Virus record (IMG/VR): IMGVR_UViG_3300020352_000031 | Coordinates: 1-25,899 of that record | Source of the DNA: a virus | Taxonomy: Duplodnaviria > Caudoviricetes | DNA: 25,899 nucleotides | Direction: 5' to 3' (one strand) | Shown: positions 1 to 5,315 of the stretch, piece by piece | Position numbering within the stretch: position 1 is the first letter of the stretch | How the letters are laid out: each line of letters begins with the position of its first letter | Program-made: the position numbers and the translations under genes | Notes under the pieces: generated by a model | The model's database searches: none | Told to the model about the DNA's origin: nothing | What the model saw: the letters and a program-made list of their open reading frames with translations, nothing else

Positions 1-27
1 ATCTGGAGAGGAATATCACTCCTCCTT

Positions 28-53
28 TAGAAAATATACTTAGAAAATATACT
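28..53. repeat. 13-bp tandem duplication (TAGAAAATATACT x2) just downstream of the tmRNA coding piece
   Basis: Exact copies at 28-40 and 41-53. Confidence 0.6.
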
Positions 54-59
54 TTATAA

Positions 60-360
60 AGGAGGCTCCGTTGGGTGATACGGTGGAGCCGAAGCCGCAT
101 CTAGCCAGCCTAAGCCGCTAGAGAGTAAACGTCATCGTTTGCGTTTATTTTATTTCCGGAGTGTTGTTAACGTCTTTGATCCGGTACTGTTGACGATTCT
201 CCACTAACCTGAGATTGCTTGTCGAAACCTAGCTCCCCCATCAAAAACACACCCTGCGTAGTCTTCTGCGGTATTCCGGTGGGAACCTTACTACGCCTTA
301 CAGGTGTGCTTTTGGTGGAGGAGGGGGGAATCGAACCCCCGTCCACTCAACCCTACTTTA
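60..360 (-). ncRNA. ssrA: Circularly permuted (two-piece) tmRNA gene: acceptor piece (~360-313), intervening segment (312-240), coding piece (239 to ~60)
   Basis: On the minus strand, GGACGGGGGTTCGATTCCCCCCTCCTCCACCA (T-arm and CCA, ends at 313) precedes GGGGGAGCTAGGTTTCGAC (tmRNA 5' end, G1=239). Acceptor stem GGGGGAG/CTCCTCC has G3:U70 and A73. Tag frame 142-110 reads GCA AAC GAT GAC GTT TAC TCT CTA GCG GCT TAG = ANDDVYSLAA*. Outer ends are approximate. Confidence 0.93.
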
Positions 361-375
361 GCTTCACCGAATACT

Positions 376-720
376 TTAGCCTTCGATGGCTGTGATCATT
401 GCCAAAGCTGCACGCATCTTGATAAGATCGTTCTTAGTTGCTTTAGCTAGAGACTCAACTTCTACACCCAGCATGGTCTGAATCTCGTCAACCATTGCTT
501 CTTTACGCTCAACCGGAACACCTGCTTTAGTAGCTCGTGCCTGTGCTTGATAAATGCCCATGCTTGACAGCTTGGCAATTACGCTGCGTACTGGCTTGTC
601 GAACTCTACAGCTAACAGTTCAGCAGTTTCGCGAGTAGGATTAGCACTGTAGTTGGCTTCCATTACAGAAATCATGTCTTCAGTGTAGTTTGTCGATGCT
701 TTTGCGGTAAATTCGCTCAT
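376..720 (-). CDS. T5 A2-like small DNA-binding protein (114 aa)
   Basis: ATG at 720 after a GGGAG RBS. Motifs NYTE..., RSVIAKLSSMGIY and SLAKATKNDL resemble T5 A2 as recalled; similar to the 4474-4764 protein. Confidence 0.6.
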   Translation of the reverse strand: MSEFTAKASTNYTEDMISVMEANYSANPTRETAELLAVEFDKPVRSVIAKLSSMGIYQAQARATKAGVPVERKEAMVDEIQTMLGVEVESLAKATKNDLIKMRAALAMITAIEG

Positions 721-765
721 TAAAAATTCTCCCAAATTTTGTCTGTTTCTTTATTTTATGAATCT

Positions 766-794
766 ATTATACTAGCTTTCTGTTTTTTTGTCAA
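766..794 (-). promoter_or_regulatory. Consensus sigma70 promoter driving the A2-like gene and tmRNA
   Basis: TTGACA (794-789), 17 bp, TATAAT (771-766). Confidence 0.9.
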
Positions 795-1180
795 GAAGTT
801 TTCGCTGTTTGACTAAAGAGATAATGCATTAGGAATGCCTCCTCTAGTCCTCGTGCTTCTACTTCCCAAGGAGCGAACCAGTAATCCCCTCCCCACTGTT
901 CTCCTTTGAACATCTCTGTCTCCAGGCACAAATCATCTAGCTCGTGTTGTTTAACGTGCACCATCTCGTGTGCTACCGCCCGTATAATGTATACTAGATC
1001 TTCGTTCTTTATAAACTTCCTATCTAGGATGATGCTGTAAACGCTGCCACCCAAGATTTCCAACTCTGCACTGTTCGCACCTAGATCTTCAGTCTCCACA
1101 AAGATGTCTACATCTAAATTATAATAGCCAGCTACTAAGTCTACTACATCTCCAACTGTTTTTCTAAGCCGTTTCTTCAA
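791..1180 (-). CDS. Putative zinc metalloprotease-like protein (HEXXH)
   Basis: AHEMVHVKQ and downstream PWEVEA motifs; probable TTG start at 1180 after AGGAG. Confidence 0.7.
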   Translation of the reverse strand: MKKRLRKTVGDVVDLVAGYYNLDVDIFVETEDLGANSAELEILGGSVYSIILDRKFIKNEDLVYIIRAVAHEMVHVKQHELDDLCLETEMFKGEQWGGDYWFAPWEVEARGLEEAFLMHYLFSQTAKTS

Positions 1181-1346
1181 CGTAACTCCTTGCTTCCGCA
1201 CTAGATTTTAGATGCTTAACTAACCAAGTTATGTCATCAGTGTGTTCGCCCATTGATATTAGTAAGGTCATAGCAGCAGTTTTGTCTAAGCCTTCCCCAA
1301 GCATACCGTAGTATATCATTAAGATGTCAAACTGTTTATCTGTCAT
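1164..1346 (-). CDS. Hypothetical early protein (60 aa)
   Basis: ATG at 1346 after GGGAGG RBS and directly behind a promoter. Confidence 0.7.
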   Translation of the reverse strand: MTDKQFDILMIYYGMLGEGLDKTAAMTLLISMGEHTDDITWLVKHLKSSAEARSYVEETA

Positions 1347-1369
1347 ACTATCCTCCCTTATATGCAACT

Positions 1370-1398
1370 ATTATACTACTTTCCACTTTTGTTGTCAA
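1370..1398 (-). promoter_or_regulatory. Consensus sigma70 early promoter
   Basis: TTGACA (1398-1393), 17 bp, TATAAT (1375-1370), followed by the shared leader AGTTGCATA. Confidence 0.9.
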
Positions 1399-2023
1399 CA
1401 ATTCTTTCTTCCAAGGTATCGCATAGTTTAGTAATTAAAGCGAGGCGACCCTCCTTCTTGTCATTGTAGTTAATTGGGTACCAGTCATTAGTGGTAGTCA
1501 TTACACGTTCTTTGAGAATAGTCATCTCGTCATAGTACGATAGAGCTTTGATATCATTTGGTGATAGCTTCCACGACTTGAGTGGAGAAACTTTTCGTTC
1601 ATTGATACGATCATTCTGCTCGTCTTCACTGATAGATAACCAGAACTTGATGTACTCTACATCTTGGTTAGCTTCCCAGTTGTTTACGTTCGTCATGAAG
1701 TCGCAGTACTGGTCGTCTGAGCACCAGCCATTGATAGGCTGTACCATAGCTCTAGAATACCAACTACGATCAAAGAATGTAATCATAGGTCGCTTAGGCA
1801 TTTTGGTTTCCCAGAACTTAAGCCAGCTCTTCATAATCTTAGAAGTAGGCTTAGTAGAGAGCACAACGCTGTACGAATCTGTAGGCATATAGTGCGTCAA
1901 CTCACGAATAGTGGATGATTTACCAGCCGTATCTCTACCTTCTAGCACTACAGCAGTAGGCTTAAGGTTAGGATTGGCTAAGATGCCGTTTAGTCGTGCT
2001 TGTTGTGTCTCTAATTTGTTCAT
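1376..2023 (-). CDS. ppk2: Polyphosphate kinase 2 family protein
   Basis: Walker A EGRDTAGKS, Walker B FDRSWY, KFWLSISEDEQ..R and lid WKLSPND motifs typical of PPK2. Confidence 0.92.
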   Translation of the reverse strand: MNKLETQQARLNGILANPNLKPTAVVLEGRDTAGKSSTIRELTHYMPTDSYSVVLSTKPTSKIMKSWLKFWETKMPKRPMITFFDRSWYSRAMVQPINGWCSDDQYCDFMTNVNNWEANQDVEYIKFWLSISEDEQNDRINERKVSPLKSWKLSPNDIKALSYYDEMTILKERVMTTTNDWYPINYNDKKEGRLALITKLCDTLEERIVDNKSGK

Positions 2024-2047
2024 GCTATTCCTCTTTTGTATGCAACT

Positions 2048-2076
2048 ATTATATGGGGTTCCGTTGGATAAGTCAA
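2048..2076 (-). promoter_or_regulatory. sigma70 early promoter for ppk2
   Basis: TTGACT (2076-2071), 17 bp, TATAAT (2053-2048). Confidence 0.88.
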
Positions 2077-2080
2077 CAGT

Positions 2081-2275
2081 TTATACTATTTCTGACCAAA
2101 AGAATTCGTCCCCATACATGCGCTCTAGGAGTTCTTCCAGCTCCATACTGGAAGTGTCATAGCCGTCTTCCTGTAGCTCTTTGTGAGCGTCCATGACGAG
2201 CAGGTGCCAGTCTAAGCCGGTGTACATCTTGAAAGTTTGGTCTGCTATGTCGAAGCTAACGTATCTATATGGCAT
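2081..2275 (-). CDS. Hypothetical acidic early protein (64 aa)
   Basis: ATG at 2275 after GAGGA RBS in the repeated leader; the longer ORF-track start would run through the promoter. Confidence 0.7.
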   Translation of the reverse strand: MPYRYVSFDIADQTFKMYTGLDWHLLVMDAHKELQEDGYDTSSMELEELLERMYGDEFFWSEIV

Positions 2276-2302
2276 TTGTATATTCCTCTTTTGTATGCAA
2301 CT

Positions 2303-2331
2303 ATTATACAACCCCAAGCTTCTGTTGTCAA
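2303..2331 (-). promoter_or_regulatory. Consensus sigma70 early promoter
   Basis: TTGACA (2331-2326), 17 bp, TATAAT (2308-2303). Confidence 0.9.
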
Positions 2332-2452
2332 ATGTATTTTCTCTCTTGCTCATAAAACATCGCAACCGAACTCCCGGGGGCCGCTCGCGGGGTTTTTCTG
2401 TCAAGTTTTATTTTCTACAATTGTCTAAAATTATCAAAGATTATGGCACCCG

Positions 2453-2527
2453 TTGCGGGGTTTGCACAAATTATCTACGCTTATCTAAGACTAACGCAAT
2501 CTGACATAATTTGTGCAAACCCCGCAA
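2453..2527. repeat. Perfect 22-bp inverted repeat with a 31-nt spacer
   Basis: TTGCGGGGTTTGCACAAATTAT (2453-2474) / ATAATTTGTGCAAACCCCGCAA (2506-2527). Confidence 0.92.
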
Positions 2528-2533
2528 AAACAC

Positions 2534-2562
2534 TTGACATTGCAGAGCGTTGCAGGTATACT
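2534..2562 (+). promoter_or_regulatory. sigma70 promoter pointing against the pre-early genes
   Basis: TTGACA (2534-2539), 17 bp, TATACT (2557-2562). Confidence 0.7.
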
Positions 2563-2619
2563 GGCGCCGGCAAAGACTCGCCGGTTTGAACTAAATTGCC
2601 GTTAACTTCAAAAAAAGAC

Positions 2620-2648
2620 TTGACATTGGTCGGTTTTGCACATACGAT
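2620..2648 (+). promoter_or_regulatory. Second tandem plus-strand sigma70 promoter
   Basis: TTGACA (2620-2625), 17 bp, TACGAT (2643-2648). Confidence 0.6.
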
Positions 2649-2687
2649 GGCGCAGGCAACACCTTCGCATTTGCACTTCGCTTTTGC

Positions 2688-2825
2688 ACTGGCGCCCCCG
2701 CGCCGAATCATCCTAAATTGCACCCCATCCCTGCAAAAGACTACTAACCCCGCGCACACGCTCGCTGCCGGGGACGAGCAACACAAATATAATCATCGTC
2801 GTACTACTACTGGCGCCCCCGCGCC
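2688..2825. repeat. 17-bp GC-rich direct repeat ACTGGCGCCCCCGCGCC (2688-2704, 2809-2825; partial at 2560-2568)
   Basis: Exact copies, each followed within 1-2 nt by AATCAT. Confidence 0.85.
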
Positions 2826-2872
2826 AAAATCATGCTGTCAAGCGATGATTTTGGTCGTGGGATGGTGGAGAG

Positions 2873-2888
2873 TGTTTCACATGGAACA
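2873..2888. promoter_or_regulatory. parS-like (chromosomal ParB-binding) palindrome
   Basis: TGTTTCACATGGAACA, one mismatch from TGTTTCACGTGGAACA; intergenic. Confidence 0.6.
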
Positions 2889-3023
2889 TTAAAGGCCCAG
2901 CTGTTTTTTATGCAGCGCGCGAATTTCCTCCCTAGTTAAACCGAGTTGAGCCGCTAACACATCGGCTATAGCGGAGGGTAACCATTCCGGATACCAAAAC
3001 AAAATTTGTGAGTCAATTAGCAT
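2889..3023 (-). CDS. Small hypothetical pre-early protein (44 aa, MLIDSQILFWYPEWLPS...KKQLGL)
   Basis: Translated manually; AAGGA RBS; follows the upstream gene closely. Confidence 0.6.
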   Translation of the reverse strand: MLIDSQILFWYPEWLPSAIADVLAAQLGLTREEIRALHKKQLGL

Positions 3024-3035
3024 AATTTTTTTCCT

Positions 3036-3158
3036 TTAGATTTGTGTTAGTAGATAGTAGAAAGCGCCGCCCCAGATTAGCGTATCCGTCAGGACAGAAT
3101 AAACTAGGTAAGCGGTGACGAAAAATTTCGCCACCTTTTTTTGCGTTTTCTTTTTCAT
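3036..3158 (-). CDS. Small single-pass membrane protein (40 aa, MKKKTQKKVAKFFVTAYLVYSV...)
   Basis: ATGA overlap with the exonuclease stop; basic N-terminus plus hydrophobic segment. Confidence 0.65.
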   Translation of the reverse strand: MKKKTQKKVAKFFVTAYLVYSVLTDTLIWGGAFYYLLTQI

Positions 3159-3808
3159 TGTCCAAGCCCTAACAATTGCTTTCTGGTTACATCGCGCAGA
3201 ATGTAAGTGAGAATAGCAGCCTCATAATCCCGTGCATCTTCTAGCGCGGTATGAGGTTCATCCGCTAACGATATGCCTAAGATGAATTTTGCCATCGTGT
3301 CGGCAGTCATGCTAGGGTTGCTCAGTTTAGGCGTAAGCAAATTGTTATCATAGCAAAAGTCATGATAAGCCGCTTGGCTGCCGATAACTTTTTTGGCTGC
3401 CTTCATTAGACAAAAACGCTCAGAGAAAATCCCAAGGTTGATGCGAGTATTGCGGCATTTGCCAAGGTCAAAGCTCAAATTGTAAGCTGTCAAAACCGGA
3501 GCATAACGGGCGTTAACGCCAGCAAGCCATTGGTTTATCAGGGCTGGCGATGATATAGAACGCTCCCCAGATTCTAGCATTGCGTCATAATCCTTAGCTC
3601 GACGTTGTGCAGATTGCTCTGACCAAAAAGCCGAATCGGGCGCGGATGGGTCAGCGAACAAATCGAATTTGCCGAAATGTCCGAGAACCATAGCGCCGAA
3701 TTGCTCCACGATTTTGCCTTTGCGAGTGACGACGACAGCGCCGAAGTCTGCAACCGATTGCTTTTTAGTGGTTTCGGTGTCCACGATTATGTAATAGTGC
3801 TTAGTCAT
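3155..3808 (-). CDS. DEDDh (DnaQ-like) 3'-5' exonuclease
   Basis: ExoI IVDTETT, ExoII AYNLSFD, ExoIII HTALEDA. Confidence 0.88.
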   Translation of the reverse strand: MTKHYYIIVDTETTKKQSVADFGAVVVTRKGKIVEQFGAMVLGHFGKFDLFADPSAPDSAFWSEQSAQRRAKDYDAMLESGERSISSPALINQWLAGVNARYAPVLTAYNLSFDLGKCRNTRINLGIFSERFCLMKAAKKVIGSQAAYHDFCYDNNLLTPKLSNPSMTADTMAKFILGISLADEPHTALEDARDYEAAILTYILRDVTRKQLLGLGQ

Positions 3809-3809
3809 T

Positions 3810-4289
3810 TTATGCTACCTTTAGTTGAGAAGAGTTATATTGTACAGGGTCAATGACGCGAACGCCAGCATTACCGAGTACCGTTTGAACCTCTTTCGAG
3901 TCATCAAACATTATTGATTCAGCCGCAAATTGCTGCCATTGGATGCCGCGTGACATAGCCAAGGCTTGCAGTTTGTCGAGTTTAAGAATGCCGCAACCGC
4001 GCTCGTCGCCACCCATGCGGGAAAGCATAGTATTGCCGAGCATTTTGTGAGCGCGAAGGAAAGCGAAATCAGCCGCGCCCATAACCCGCGAAGTGCAAAT
4101 AATAACGTCGAGTCCGTCGCGAATCGCGCCTTGCATCTTGCTGGCTAGTGGTAGCAGTTTGTCTCTGGCTACCATGCCGACAGTGCAGTTTGCACGCCAG
4201 AAATCTAGGTCAATGGAGCCATCGGCCAGCAAACGCTGGCGGTGGCTAGTGTTAACGACGGTATCGTCGAGGTCAAATATAAAGTGCAT
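3810..4289 (-). CDS. HAD-superfamily phosphatase (possible nucleotidase, functional analogue of T5 Dmp)
   Basis: Motif I FIFDLDDT, motif II ICTSR, motif III K, motif IV MFDDS. Confidence 0.8.
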   Translation of the reverse strand: MHFIFDLDDTVVNTSHRQRLLADGSIDLDFWRANCTVGMVARDKLLPLASKMQGAIRDGLDVIICTSRVMGAADFAFLRAHKMLGNTMLSRMGGDERGCGILKLDKLQALAMSRGIQWQQFAAESIMFDDSKEVQTVLGNAGVRVIDPVQYNSSQLKVA

Positions 4290-4473
4290 AAGAATATCCA
4301 ATAATGCCAGTGGCGTTGAGTAGAATCAAATTATAGCATCGAATCTTGATAGCTTGCAAGGTTAATAGTGCCAAGCCAAGAATCGCTAACAATTTGCCTT
4401 CGTTAGTGTCGATGATGAATGGAGCAGCAGACAATGCCGCCGCTCCAACCCATCCAATGATTGAGAGCAACAT
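4273..4473 (-). CDS. Small hydrophobic membrane protein (66 aa)
   Basis: Several hydrophobic stretches; abuts neighbouring genes. Confidence 0.65.
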   Translation of the reverse strand: MLLSIIGWVGAAALSAAPFIIDTNEGKLLAILGLALLTLQAIKIRCYNLILLNATGIIGYSYALYI

Positions 4474-4764
4474 CTAACCGATGTGCTCTAGGACGGCGAC
4501 CAATTCCGCTTTGGTGAGGTCACCTTCGCGGTCGCCTAACGATAAGCCTTCGCGGATACCGCGCAGAATATCGTTCTTGGTTACAGAGTCGCGCTTGGCA
4601 GCAGTGCGAACCTGCGCGACATATTCAACCTCTAGGCTTTTGGCCTTAGAGATAACCGAGCGATGCGACAAGCCAAAGTCAGCAGCCAAAGCCTTGGCTT
4701 TGTCTAGGTTAAGTGGAGCTGCGGCTTCGATAGCGGCAACCATTGCTGGAGTGTAGTTAGACAT
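4474..4764 (-). CDS. T5 A2-like small DNA-binding protein (96 aa)
   Basis: NYTPAMV, RSVISKAKSLEVEY and LTKAEL motifs parallel the 376-720 protein and T5 A2; first gene after a promoter; AAGGA RBS. Confidence 0.55.
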   Translation of the reverse strand: MSNYTPAMVAAIEAAAPLNLDKAKALAADFGLSHRSVISKAKSLEVEYVAQVRTAAKRDSVTKNDILRGIREGLSLGDREGDLTKAELVAVLEHIG

Positions 4765-4792
4765 AGTAGTCATCCTTAGTTAGTGAGCGTAT

Positions 4793-4820
4793 ATTATAAC
4801 GCGTTTAGAGAAATTGTCAA
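4793..4820 (-). promoter_or_regulatory. sigma70 promoter of the pre-early operon
   Basis: TTGACA (4820-4815), 16 bp, TATAAT (4798-4793). Confidence 0.8.
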
Positions 4821-4865
4821 ATACCGATTTGGAATAAGCTTATTCGATTAAGTTATAAGCCGCGC

Positions 4866-5063
4866 CTATCTTTCAGCGTACAGCCGTACAATCATGAAGG
4901 CCAGAGTAACCAACAGAAAGGTTAAGCCGAGGCAGGCATAGCCAAGAGTTTGGGCCAGCCAATCGCCGCCCCCAGTAACAAACAGCCAGCCAGTGACAGC
5001 GGTAACGCTAACAATTATTGTTAGCATCGCGGAAGAAAAGATAACGCCGAGATAGTAAAGCAT
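4866..5063 (-). CDS. Small two-TM membrane protein (65 aa)
   Basis: ATG at 5063 after GGGGG; two hydrophobic helices. Confidence 0.6.
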   Translation of the reverse strand: MLYYLGVIFSSAMLTIIVSVTAVTGWLFVTGGGDWLAQTLGYACLGLTFLLVTLAFMIVRLYAER

Positions 5064-5127
5064 AGTAGCCCCCAATTGATTCAGCCTATAGCTTGCACCT
5101 ATTAAACGCGCTTGTCAATTGATTCTT

Positions 5128-5200
5128 CCTATCAATAGGGGGCGGTTAATAGACGTAGCCTATCGCCGCGCGGCGGGGCACCTCCTCACGTACGACTTTG
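5128..5200. other. Putative genome terminus / terminal-repeat boundary
   Basis: Strand switch, GC shift, and a 12-bp palindrome CGCCGCGCGGCG (5164-5175) between pre-early-like and late genes, matching the T5 layout; inferred. Confidence 0.45.
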
Positions 5201-5262
5201 GGTAAAAAGTAAAACGAGAAACGGTGTATAAGTTACTGCCAAGCACCAAGCAAAAAAAGTTC

Positions 5263-5291
5263 TTGACAATTGGACCCAATATCACTATAAT
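5263..5291 (+). promoter_or_regulatory. Consensus sigma70 promoter (late, host-recognition module)
   Basis: TTGACA (5263-5268), 17 bp, TATAAT (5286-5291). Confidence 0.9.
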
Positions 5292-5315
5292 TGAATGAAT
5301 TTCAGGAGATTAAAG

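Larger units (their letters stand above)
2026..2308. repeat. 28-bp identical promoter -10/leader/RBS repeat at 2026-2053 and 2281-2308 (15-bp partial copy at 1361-1375)
   Basis: TATTCCTCTTTTGTATGCAACTATTATA is present twice exactly. Confidence 0.9.

Noticed and set aside
313-345. Standalone tRNA-Ala or attP-like tRNA fragment
   Set aside because: No D or anticodon arm upstream; the matching 5' acceptor strand and tag ORF lie downstream, fitting a permuted tmRNA; no integrase seen
2026-2825. CRISPR-like or mini-array from the repeated sequences
   Set aside because: Only 2-3 copies with long irregular spacing; the 28-bp repeat is explained as promoter/RBS
2193-2892. ORF-track ORFs 2193-2504, 2237-2428, 2481-2786, 2596-2892 and the extended 2081-2404 start
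   Set aside because: No convincing RBS, atypical composition, and they cross promoters and repeats
3114-3142. Plus-strand terminator-like hairpin GGTGACGAAA...TTTCGCCACC plus T-run
   Set aside because: It lies inside the minus-strand 40-aa ORF, whose Lys codons explain the T-run, and the stem has a mismatch; it could end antisense transcripts but this is unsupported
5090-5118. Minus-strand promoter for 4866-5063 (TTGACA at 5118-5113)
   Set aside because: The -10 at 17 bp spacing (CAAGCT) is too weak to call
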